Shown here in pieces: positions 38,202 to 50,340 of a DNA stretch of 64,000 nucleotides. The position numbers and the translations under genes were made by a program. The notes under the pieces are model-generated. The model did no database searches. It was not told the DNA's origin and saw only the letters and a list, made by a program, of their open reading frames with translations. This DNA comes from Octopus sinensis (lineage: Eukaryota), in NCBI RefSeq assembly GCF_006345805.1, contig NC_043007.1, forward strand, positions 20,460,001 to 20,524,000, given 5' to 3'. Numbering within the stretch: the first letter of the stretch is position 1; every line of letters begins with the position of its first letter.

Positions 38202-38376
38202 TTTAAAACTCAATCATGCTTGACTAGCGAGAAAACTATGGAATACTATATGCGTCATCTAAGCCTAATTTGTGTTAACTTGTTTTAGTTAAACTAGTAT
38301 ATCCAAATGTGTGTGCGCGAGCGAGCGAGCGCACATATATGTATGTCGAAGATACCTTAGGAATGAGATCCCAGGT

Positions 38377-38665
38377 GGATCTTTTCCTTTTGAACGGCAG
38401 TTTTCAACACAATTTCTAGTTAACTAAACACTTTTAAACTTCGTATACTGGTAGAATGTATCAAAATAAATGATTTTAGCTCAATAGAGGGCATAGGATT
38501 GGTTAAAATTCGAAAAATTAAACTACGTTAAACAAACGAATTACAATTTTCTCAAGAAAGCCAAGAGAAAAAAATGTTTTATTTTGACACATTCTACCAG
38601 TATACGAAGTTTAAAAGTGTTTAGTTAACTAGAAATTGTGTTGAAAACTGCCGTTCAAAAGATTC
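38377..38665. mobile_element. MITE with GGATCTTTT...GAACGGCAG TIRs and 8-bp TSD (Merlin-like)
   Basis: Long TIRs, TSD TCCCAGGT/ACCCAGGT. It interrupts the repeat seen intact at 63351-63480. A second copy lies at 54132-54554. Confidence 0.8.
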
Positions 38666-40155
38666 ACCCAGGTTCAAAATTTCCCCAAGACACCCGATGA
38701 AGGCTGGCGGGTATATCAGTTGAAACGTTTGTTAACGGGGGGGGGGGGAGTTAAGGAGGTGATATACTAAATGTCGTGTAGCTTTATTTTACTGGTCTAA
38801 TTCCTATCAGAGAAACCGAGTAATCAAGATATTGTAGCACGTCTGTTCAGCCGTACTTCTTTCTTCACTCGTTCCATATGAATGGTGATGTTTATGAAAC
38901 TAGCACATATTTTTGTTGCATGTTTCGTTATTTTTCCGTTCCATTTTAAGTTCAAAGTCCTATTGGATGATCGATTTCGTTATTCCAACCCTAGAGGATT
39001 GATAAAATAAGTAGTAGCAGCAGCAATATACCGAGAATCAATTCAATGCAATAAACGTCTTATCTTAATAAAAAAAAGAAGAAAAACCCATTCAGAAAAA
39101 AATCGTTATTTTATTATTTTTCCTGTAATAAAATTCGTTTGAAAATATTTTCAGCTGCAATTAATTTTTACAAATAAAATATTTTAAACTGAAGCTGTAC
39201 ATTTTTTTAAATATATCATAATAAACGATTTCTACGAACATAACGGAGCTACTTTCACATTTAGATGGTTTAATTGATTCTAAAGGGCGCTTTTTAAAAC
39301 CTCAATTATCTTGGGTTCCACTATAAACAGTAAGTTATTTAATAACCAACTCGCATTCTATCAGACGGATTCTGTTTTTTGGATCAGGTTTTAATTCATA
39401 AATGTGTCTGTAAACAAATTCATTACATGATGAATTTTGCAACAAATTATTTATAATTGCAAATTTAATGTATGTGCTGCCGGAGCAAGCACCAAAAGTG
39501 TCAGTAATTAATTGATCAACAGCATTTGTTTACATTAGAAAAGCTCTTGCTTACATCTGGATCGATAATCAATCGTTATACACTTTTAATTTGGTTAATG
39601 CATTTGGAAAGTGCATTTATACAGGTAGTTTCGTGAAGTGTTAAAAATATTGTTATTTCAAATATAGTTCATCTTTTTTAGTTTACATTGAGAAAATGTT
39701 GTGTAACATTGGAAAATATAAAAATGAAACCAGATAATATCGATTTATCGCTGTTAACTATCGCAGGCAAGACTTGAATTATGAAAGCTATTTTCATATT
39801 GATACCTGAACTTTAGCAGTTCAACCTGACCTCGTACCTGATATAACGATTATTATTTTATTTTCAACACATCATCCTTTTACAATTATCTAAATTCATG
39901 CCCATTCACGCTCACTTGAGTTATTCTTCTTAGCTGAATTTATTTCTTTAATTATATAAATTATTACCGACTTCAAAATCGTCGCATCTATTTTTCTATA
40001 TGTAAGCTTTTGTCAACTTATTTAAGCGAGCTTCAGTAAGCTATGTTGATGAGGTCCAATAAGATCAAAACATGCTCATAGTTGTTCCTTTGTCTGCAAA
40101 CAAAGATCAAATTTTCCCTAAGCATGTATTTTAATTTTGGAAAAATTAATTCTTC

Positions 40156-40453
40156 GGCGATGTTACGGTATAAGTACCGGTGTACCTCCGGAAGAACCGG
40201 ATACATTTAAAAAAAGTGGGTTTTTTTTATATATGGGGGGTTAGGGGTGGGAGAAAAGGGTTTCTGTTATCTTCAGAAATGTAAACAAAGTCACGTGTGT
40301 ACATATACCAAAGCATCGGCACATACCCTAACCCTAACACAAACCCCAACCCTAACAGAAACCCTAACCCCCCATATATATAAAAAAAAACACTTTTTTG
40401 AAATGTATCTGGTACTTCTGGAAGTACACCGGTACTTAGACCGTAATATCGCC
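40156..40453. mobile_element. MITE with ~80-bp imperfect TIRs starting GGCGAT
   Basis: GGCGATGTTACGGTATAAGTACCGGTGTAC... pairs with ...GTACACCGGTACTTAGACCGTAATATCGCC; internal AACCCT repeats. Confidence 0.75.
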
Positions 40454-42319
40454 AATTTCTGATTTCTTGAAGGCCAAATAATCTTTGATTGCTAGCTTCG
40501 AGCATTTTTTTTGTTTTTTTGTCTACATTATTGACTAACTACTCAAATTCAGACCATTAGCTCATCTGAGTTGTTTTCTTTAGCTCATTTTTGTAAAATT
40601 AACAATTATTAACGTTTTCCAATTAGATGATATAACCCTTTCGTTACCAACCTGGCTGAAACCGGCTCTAACTCTGAATACAAATATCTTGTTTTCACAA
40701 GTTTTGAGTTAAAATCTTCCACCAAACCTTAGTCACAATTTATGTTCCTAACACTAGCTTAATGATAACTAAGTTATTTTACTAAATTCTTTGATATATT
40801 TAAAGTAATTGAAAGAAACACAGAGCATCTCAAAATAATTACAGTAACAAAAGGGGTCACCTTAGTTCAAACTGATTTAGATTCACAAATTCTTTTACTC
40901 CTGGTGAAATAGTCTTACCACTGTGTGTTTTTTCCCCTATAAATAATAATTTCAAGTAGAGTATTTCAAATGCAATGGAAGCTGGATTGATATGATGTAA
41001 TACACAGCAGCATATGTACCTGATATAGCAAGTCTAGTAACATGATCAAGGAAATATTTTGATATTGCACAGCCGCAGGAGGGGCTGTGTGGTAATTAGC
41101 TTGTCTACCAACCACATGGTTCCGGGTTCAGTCCCACTGCGTGGCACCTTGGGCAAGCGTCTTCTACTATAGCCTTGGGCTGACCAAGTCCTTGTAAGTG
41201 GATTTGGTAGACGGAAACTGAAAAGAAGCCCGTCATATATATATATGTAAAATTACAAATTGAGATAGGGGTATTTCTCCCTTTTCTTATTTTGCATTAT
41301 ATATATATGTATATATATATATATGTGTGCGTGTGTTTGTGTGTCTGTGTTTGTCCCCCCAACATTGCTTGACAACCGATGTTGGTATGTTTACGTTCCC
41401 CGTAACTTAGCAGTTTGGCAAAAAGAGACTGATAGAATAAGTACTAAGCTTACAAAGAATAAGTCCTGGGGTCGATTTGCTTGGCTAAAGGCGGTGCTCC
41501 ATCATGGCCGCAGTCAAATGACTAAAACAAGTAACAGAGTAAAGGAGTATTGAACAAGAGGCAAATATATTCCACTGTAATGTCTTCTGTATCATTTAGA
41601 TTTCTTGTTTAGAAAATATTGCCCATACATCCAATTCTTCTTCAGATTGTTATACCCCTGAAAGTTCTTTTTGCTCCACCTTTTCCCATACTGACATCAG
41701 CCTACAGAAGTTTGAACTGAACAACAATGCCATTGATCTGAGAGGGCCTGGTAATCACCATAAAAATGCCCCTTTTTCTTGGACATATAAGTTCTAAGAA
41801 GCTGGTGGTCCTTTGTGTTGGCAAAAATTATAGAGTGAAGTACATAAGTTAGGATATGTTCATATGTCAGAAGGAGAAAAGGAATCTGATGTTCCCAGAC
41901 CAACCCTTCGTTTGAGAAAAGAGATTTTCTAAACTATAGATTTAGATAGGGTAAGGAGAGAGGGTCAATGGATGAAGTGTGTGTAGGTAAAGTATTGGAA
42001 GGAAGAAAAAGTAATGAAATTCAAAATATTCATTTTTGTGTAGTGTTGTTTAACTAGAGGTCAGTGGACACAAGTGGTAGTTTAAAGAAGTGAAAAAATA
42101 TGAGTAGTGACAAAGTTTAGTTTGTGTGCCTATGAGAATAATTTTATGGATATTTAGGTAGAAGTTGATAAACAGTGATTAAAAAGTTTGTAGATATATG
42201 TGTGGGAGGAGATGGTGTCTATCATGGTGAAATTATACATGGAAGGAAGATTAGCTGGAATGAAAAGGAGGTGGGGATGAATACTTAAAATATATACAAA
42301 AAGATTTTTACTTGTTATG

Positions 42320-42850
42320 TAAAGGAAAATCATTCATTAAGGCCTGTGAGTGAAGTAGTGCCAAGTGTGAAGATAAGTTACTTTTCATTATGAATATAGT
42401 TCCCCATATTCTGAGAATATGGTCAAATGTTGAGGTGTACTCTGAGTGCAGTAGATAATGTAATAAAATTTTTTGAAAAACAGTCATTTAAACAGTGTCC
42501 TCCTTCACCTTTGCATGTAATGCAGCAGATGAGGCTGGTAGAAGTGCAGCTAGAGTTTTTAGTGATTATACCCTGGGATTTGGGTCTAGTTATCATATTG
42601 GTGTTTGAGTTGAAGATACAAGTGAGGCTTTTGGCATGAGAGCATTTGAAGGTGTCAGGTTGGCCGTGTTTCAATGGGGTTGGCTAACTTCTAATTAGTA
42701 TTACATGGAAATTTCTATTTCTTTTACCTTAGACAAGAGATAGTGTAGAAAATATTGGTGAAGTTATGTGGTCAGGGAATAGAGGCAGAAATTACAGAAG
42801 AATATGCATTTTTATAAGGTGGAAGGCTTCTCTCACACCCTGCTATTTCT
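42320..42850 (-). mobile_element. Degenerate Penelope-like retroelement, GIY-YIG endonuclease C-terminus
   Basis: ORF 42423-42674 contains SSCTSTSLICCITC and GEGGHCLNDCF. Downstream the minus strand reads LIFTLGTTSLTGLNE*FSF, matching the typical PLE terminus ..IF.LGTL.P.G.NE.FSF. Confidence 0.7.
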
Positions 42851-45800
42851 TGGTGGGAATATTGATATGGTTTGATATGATATGGTTTACATTATACTAG
42901 AATCATTTTCCCAGAATTGTATTTTAGAATGAACTGTTTTTTTTTCTATTTTAAAGGTTATTAATGACTACTGACGCCTATTCTTCAAAATTGCCAAAAA
43001 TTCTCAAAATGTAAGTTACACAGTATATTTCTAAATTTCATCAATCCCCTTTATTTTATTATTCAGTGCTTTTCCATAATTAAATGTTTTTACAGGATAT
43101 TTTTTTTTAATATTTTACTGCTATTAGTGGGGAATCCTTTGTATTAACCTAATGTATTATTGAGAGAAATTTATTGTTCGGATTTCTCCTGTGGAACTTT
43201 AAATCCTATTGTCTACCTACTGGAATTATAGGCGATCTTTTTCGTAGAAAATAGTTGTTTTAGAGAGCATGATTTCTTTGACTTCTCAGCAACATATACA
43301 AAACCGCCCCTGGCTCTGGAGTACAAATGTCTTGTTTTCATAAGTTCTGAATTAAAATCTTCCACCAAACCTTAGTCACAATTTATGTTCCTAACACTAG
43401 CTGAATGATAACTAAGTTCTTTTACTAAATTCTTTCTTATATTTAAAATTAATTGAATGAAAAACAGAGCATCTCAAAATAAATACGGTAACGAAAGGGT
43501 TAAGCTAATAGTATGTGAGTTGAGTGAGAGTTGGCTACTATTTCTAGCGGGTCAAAGTAACTGCATAGAGCCTTTTTCTATGGCTTGTCAGTAACAAATG
43601 TTTTAATGATTCATCAGGTAGTCTTCTGGTATCAGTAATACTGGTTGTTGTTGTGTCCAAGCTCAGCTCTGACTGAGCAGACCAATATTGAAACTGATTA
43701 TCACATTCCAGTCCTTCCTTTTTTTAAGACTAGTATCAGATTTGAGGGAAATTTAGCTGTTGTTTCTAGTAGGTTGAGCAACTACATAGAGATCTCCTTT
43801 AAGACATGCACCCAATACCAGAGCTGAAGACACCTCCGAAAGTGAGGGCCCCGCCACATCAAAACAGTAGAGGAGTAGGGGCCGAAACCGGACGTGGTTC
43901 CTCCTGATGATGTCTTGAGCTAACTGGATCCTATAAAGGAGCTGTTGTGGTAGCAGACCACGAAATACGGTTATAATTCCTCCTGGTGACTGAATAAGAT
44001 CCATTCCTTCAAGCTGTTGAAGCCCTGTCTCAAAATTTTGCTTTTCTACAAGGGGGTGCTGAAAGTTCCTGGCTTTAAGGGTATTGTGAAGGGCCTGTTA
44101 GAAGGCTCAACCTTCTGAGTTCTCTTGCAGGGCTTAAAAAGCTCAAGGATCACTGCAATAAGTGTGTAACTCTAAGAAGGATATATATTTCTTTACTACC
44201 CACATGGGGACAAACAAGGACAGACAAAGGGATTAAGTACATTTGAATCGACCACAGTGCATAACTGGTACTTAATTTATTGACCCCGAAAGGATGAAAG
44301 GCAAAGTCGACCTCGGCGTAATTTGAACTCGGAACATAACGACAGACGAAATACGGCTACGCATTTCACCTGGCATGCTAACGTTTCTGCCAGCTCACCA
44401 CCTAAGAAGGATATATATTGATTAAATCTTAACTGATCCGCCTGTATTTTATTTTACCCAAAGCCTGTAACTTTTCAATTGCCCCTTGTAGAAAGTTAGT
44501 AATTATTAAGGTTCAAATGACTTTTTGGCTTGGAAAATATACCCAAGGTTTTCATAAGTTATAACAATTATTATAAGTTGATAACAACTGTAGATTATAA
44601 GTCACTCTATTTGTACTTCAGGAGTGCTCCAGCTTGGGAAACGCCGCCCCGAGTGGCCTCCGTGCCGGTGGCACGTAAAAAGCACCATCCGATCGTGGCT
44701 GTTTGCCAGCCTCATCTGGCACCTGTGCTGGTGGCACGTAAAAAGCACCCACTACACTCACGGAGTGGTTGGCGTTAGGAAGGGCATCCAGCCGTAGAAA
44801 CATTGCCAGATCTGACTGGGCCTGGTGCAGCCTTCTGGCTTCCCAGACCCCAGTTGAACTGTCCAACCCATGCTCGCATGGAAAGCGGACGCTAAATGAT
44901 GATGATGATGATTGAGGATATAGAAAAGTTCTGTTTTTTTTTTATATATATTTCTTTAGTCATGAATTCTTACTTGAACAGTAAATATTCACTAAACTGT
45001 TAACTTGACCTTCTGTGTTTTTATTTATGCAAAATATAAGGTTGATAAGCTCTTTTCTGGAGATTAGCTACATACAAAGGGGTGTTGAAAAGTTCCTGGT
45101 TTTGGGTAAGAGAAAATTCCTGGCTTTGGGTAAAAGAAAACACAGTTACTTATGATTTTATTTAACATATTTCCCTCTCAGATTCACACATTTATTGCAG
45201 AGGTCCTTCAGTTTTTCTAAGCCCTGTAAAAGAACTTGGAAGGGTGGGCCCCCAACCAGGCCTTTTACAATACCCTTAAAGTCAGCACCCCTTTGTATCA
45301 TCAACATCATCATCGTTTAGTGTCTGTTTTCCATGCTGGTATGGGTTGGACAGTTTGACTGAGGTCTGGAAAGCCAGCAGCTGCACCAGGCTCCAGTCTG
45401 ATCTGGCAGAGTTTCTACAGCTGGATGCCCTTCCTAATGCCAACCACTCCAAGAGTGTAGTGGGTGCTTTTTATGTGCCACCGGCACGGGAGCCAGTCAG
45501 GGGGTACTGGCATCAACCACGTTCGGATAGTAATTTTTACATGTCACCAGCATGGGAGCCAGTCAGTGGGCTGGCATCAACCATGTTCGGATGGTGCTTT
45601 TTATGTGCCACTGGCATGGGAGCCAGTCAAGAGGGCTTGGCATTGATCACATTCAGATGGTGCTTTTTGTGTGCCATTGGCACAGGAGCCAGTCAAGCAG
45701 ACCTGGCATTGACCACGTTTGGATGGTGCTTTTTACATACCATTTTATTATTTAAATGTTACTCATAGACATAGGAGTGGCTGTGTGGTAAGTAGCTTGC

Positions 45801-46591
45801 TTACCAACCACATGGTTCCAGGTTCAGTCCCACTGCATGGTACCTTGGCCAAATGTCTTCTACTGTAGCCTCAGGCTGACCAAAGCCTTGTGAGTGGATT
45901 TGGTAGACGGAAACTGAAAGAAGCCCATCATATATATGTATATAAATATATATGTATGTGTGTGTGTATATGTTTGTGTGTTTGTGTTTGTCCCCCCAAC
46001 ATCGCTTGACAACCGATGCTGGTGTGTTTACGTCCCCGTAACTTAGCAGTTTGGCAAAAGAGACAGATAGAATAAGTACTGGGCTTACAAAGAATATGTC
46101 CTGGGGTCGATTTGCTCGATTAAAGGTGGTGCTCCAGCATGGCCACAGTCAAATGACTGAAACAAGTAAAAGAGTAATTCCTTACCTCTATTAGAAAGTA
46201 TGAAGCCAGTCACTGATAAATGAGGGTGTGGCTGAGGAGTGGGACTCCTTTTGCCTGGTAGCAACAAAGTGTGTAGTACAAATTAGTGAGAAGTATATAT
46301 ATATATATGGGCACAGTTATGTCTGTGTGGTAAGAAGCTTGCAACCCAACCACATGGTTCTAGGATCAGTCCCACTGTGTGGTACCTTGGGCATGTACCT
46401 TCTACTATAGTCTCGGGCCAACCAGTCTTGTGAGTGGATTTGGTAGATGGAAACTGAATGAAGCCCATTGTATATATATATTTGTATGGACATATATATG
46501 TTTGTACACACACACACACATATATATATTCAAAATGTGACCGCGTGTGTAATGTTGGCGGTTTTTTTTCCTCTGTCTTCCCTTTTTCTAT

Positions 46592-46626
46592 GTTTCTGAC
46601 AAAGAGCTCTGTTCGAAACGTTAAAC
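46592..46626 (+). ncRNA. Minimal type I hammerhead-like motif (decayed core)
   Basis: GTTT-CTGACAA-A-GAGC-TCT-GTTC-GAAAC-GTT-AAAC. Stems I and II are present; the core CTGACGA has one G>A change. Confidence 0.5.
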
Positions 46627-47810
46627 CCTCCTTCTTTCCTGAGCGTCCAATAACATTATGCTTGTTCCACGTCCTCGCGTTGTGTTTTCTCTGTGTTTTC
46701 ATGTTTGGATTAACTATATATGTGTGTGTGTGTGTACATATATATATATAATATAAATAATATATATATATATATGCATATATACATACATATATGTACA
46801 TACTTACATATATATGTATATCACGTGATCACGTGATCGACCAGACCATCAGATGCTGCTACACATCGCTGGTCACAATGCGTTCGCATTGTTTTAGCCT
46901 TCGAACGATGCCAGCCCGCTGGCTAAGCGAGCAGGCCAACAGAAGAAAGAGTGAGAGAAAGAGTGGTGAAAGAGTACAGCAGGGATCACCACCCCCTGCC
47001 GGAGCTTCTTGGAGCTTTTAGGTGTTTTTGCTCAATAAACACACACAATGCCTGGTCTGGGAATCGAAACCGCGATCCTACAAATGCGAGTCCGCTGCCT
47101 TAACCACTGGGCTATTGCGCCTCCACATATATGTATATACATATGCATATATGGGCACAGGACGTCACAGAATGTAACATACCAGGAAGTCATTGGAATT
47201 TTCCAGGAAGTCTAATCCTCGGAACTTTCCACAAAGTCTTTATCCTCGGAATTTTCCAGCAAATCCAGCATGGTTCGAGAAGGAAAATTTTTTTATAAGA
47301 ATCGTTAGCATGTTGGGCAAAATACTTAGCGGTATTTCGTTTGTCTTTATGTTCTGGGTTCAGATTTCGCCGAGGTTGACTTTGCCTTTCATCCTTTCGG
47401 GGGTTGATAAATCAAGTACCAGTTGCATACTGGGGTTGATCTAATCGAGTGGCCGCCTCCCCCAAAGTTTCGGGCTTTGTATGCCTAAAGTAGAAAAAAA
47501 TGGATATGTTGGAAAGGCAAAGGTTATGTGATATTGACAAGAGGCACAATCAGGCAAAGGAGAGAGACCTCACAACTCCCTAAGCACTTGACCCTCATAA
47601 GCTCATGCAACTGTATAGCAAAGTCTGAGAGTAGACTTTCACCCCATATGCATTGATATGGTTAAAAATCAAAATCAAAAGCAAATCAAGATCGAAATCA
47701 TCATCATCATCATCATCGTTTAACGTCCGCTTTCCATGCTAGCATGGGTTGGACGATTTGACTGAGGACTGGTGAACCAGATCAAAATGGAAATTGTAGT
47801 TGTGGCTAAT

Positions 47811-48800
47811 GCCAGTGCCACCTGACTGGGCCCCGTGCTGGTGGCGTGTAATAAGCACCATTCAAGCGTGGGTCGATGCCAGTGCGACCTGACTGGCTCC
47901 CTGTGCCGGTGACACTTAATAAGCACCATCCGAATGTGGTCGATGCCAGTGCCACCTGACTGGCACCCATGCTGGTGGCATGTAGTAAGCACCGTTGAAA
48001 CGTGGGTTGATGCCAGTGTCACCTGACTGGCTCCTTGTGCCGGTGGCACATAAAAAGCACCATCTAAATGTGGTCAGTGCCACTACCGCCTGATTGGCAT
48101 CTTTGCTGGTGGCACGTAATAAGCACCATTCAAGCGTGGGTTGATGCCAGTGCCACTTGACTAGCTCCCTGTGTTGGTGGCACGTAAAAAGCACCATCTG
48201 AATGTGGTCAGTGCCACTACCACCTGACTGGCACCTGTGCTGGTGGCACATAATAAGCACCATTCAAGCGTGGGTTGATGCCAGTGCCGCCTGACTGGCT
48301 CCCTGTGTCAGTGGCACGTAAAAAGCACCATCCAAATGTGGTCGATACCAGTGCCACCTGACTGGCTCCTGTGCTGGTGGAGTTTAATAAGCACCATTCA
48401 AGTGTGGATTGATGCCAGTGTCACCTGACTGGCTCCCTGTGCTGGTGGAAAGTAAAAAGCACCATCCGAATGTGGTCAGTGCCACTTCCACCTGACTGGT
48501 ACCCGTGCTGCTGGCGTGTAATCAGCACCATTCAAGCGTGGGTTGATGCCATGGCTGCCTGGCTGGCTCCCTGTGTCGGTGGCACGTAAAAAGCACCATC
48601 CGAATGTGGTCAATGCCAGTACCGCCTGACTGGTTCCTGTGCCGGTGGTACATAAAACGCACCATCTGAACATGGTTGATGCCAATCCTCCCACTCCCTA
48701 CTGGTTCCTGTGCTGGCGGCACATAAAAAGCACCTCTGAACGTGGTTGATGCCAATGCTGCCTAACTGGCTCCCATGCCACTGGCACATAAAAAGCACTC
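47811..48800. repeat. Tandem array of about 15 x ~66-67 bp units inside a SINE-like element, with alternating A/B subtypes
   Basis: Units start GCCAGTG/GCCACT and alternately end AATAAGCACCATTCAAGCGTGGGTTGAT (A) or AAAAAGCACCATCCGAATGTGGTC (B) for the first 12 units. Confidence 0.85.
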
Positions 48801-49619
48801 ACTACACTCTCGGAGTGGTTGGTGTTAGGAAGGGCATCCAGCTGTAGAAAACCTGCCTGATCAGATTGGAGCCTGGTGCAGCCTCCTGGCTTGCCAGTCC
48901 CCTGTCAAACCGTCCAACCCATGCCAGCATGAAAAGCATATGTTAAACGATGATGATGGTCAAAAGATACATGCTTGCTTACATTTTTATTTGTCCATTC
49001 AGTCTAAACTTCATCAACTGTTGGATAGAGATTGCTATAATTTTCTCCTTTTCCAACAGTGTTACTGCTTCCACTTTCACCAAAGTAGTATTAATGTTGC
49101 CAGGAAATGTCTACTTATCGAGGAATATTATTTTATTTTTGCATTTTTTAACCCTAAAATCCTGTGTGCAGCAACTGTATTAGTTTATAATTAATTGGGG
49201 GAAGGTCCTTCCTTTTATCTCAGTATAGTTTACTAACCCCTCAGAGTAATGTTGACTCACTCTCTTTAGGCACGCTCCAAAGTTTTTTGTATTAAATAAA
49301 ATACTTCCTTTAATAGGTGGTCACCCTATAACTTTCCATGGTTCAGTCAACTTGACAATCAGGACCCTTTCTCTGATGTTATATATGTGTTATAGACAGC
49401 TTTTTCAATCATTGGGAAATCTTTGCCTTTCTTCTCTTGTTTTTCTACATGGTTCCTTTTACCTTTGGCATAATTGACTGCAGAATCTTCTATTTCTGCT
49501 GCTCATAATTTTGCATTCATTGACCTCATCAGATTGTTGGCCTTATTTATATGTTAGGAGTTGAGTTTGGATCTTGTCTGTGTTTAACTGGCCATTCAGC
49601 TTTCAAGTAGCACTGAAAC

Positions 49620-50340
49620 ATGTCTTACAAATAACTTGCACATGCAAGTGCTACCAGTCAAAAAACTCCGCATACCGGAAGCCAGCAAGTGTATGGGGTC
49701 ATCAGGAAAGAATGTGCGCCGGCCCCCCTCACTGATATGAGGCCCCGCTTGCTAGATCAGCTGGTTATGAAGTTAAACTCAATATACTTCTAGCCATCGC
49801 TCATCGTCTCTTTTTAACCAAATCCAGTGCCTTCTCCACTGTAGATTGGATATCAGTCATGGTGGTATTGACTTTACGATGAGTTAGGCCTAATGATAAC
49901 AACAGTTGTCTCACAATGTGTCCAACGAACTCTCTACATCCGACTTCGATTGGAAAATGTTCCGCTTTCCAGCCTGCGTCTTCACATTCCTCAAGGAGGT
50001 TTACATAACGGTCAATCTTTCGAGCCTGAGCGGCGTCCATATTATCTTCATGAGGAGCCGTTAACTCGACTAGATTTACAACTTTCCTTCTTTCACACCA
50101 CATCAAAATATCTGGTTTTTTCGTAATTGGGATGGGAAAGAATCACTGGCACCCTGGTAAATCTGCAGTCACCTCCCAATAGCCGTTCCACTTTTCATCT
50201 CTCACAGGAATCAAGTGTAGCAATATTTATAGACTTCATATGAGACGCCATCACGTTTTTCACATGCCACCAGAGATTGTAGTAACCAATATGACTTAGG
50301 ATAAGATTATCTAAGCCAGACGAGAGCAAAGAATGCCTAT
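49620..50340 (-). mobile_element. HERO-like non-LTR retrotransposon 3' fragment (restriction-like endonuclease)
   Basis: KPDILMWCERRKVVNLVELTAPHEDNM...RKIDRY...GWKAEHFPIEVGCR matches the PD-(D/E)xK-type RLE motif RPD.....ELTVPWE...K..KY...VEVG.RG. Confidence 0.75.

Noticed and set aside
43824-43892. CTGAAGA ... GGCCCC/GGGGCC GAAAC hammerhead-like arrangement
   Set aside because: An extra hairpin separates the core from stem II, and I could not find a cleavage triplet or stem I pairing.
49200-49620. Possible Gypsy integrase C-terminal remnant (KLTEPWKVIG on the minus strand)
   Set aside because: One weak motif among many stops; not supportable without a profile search.
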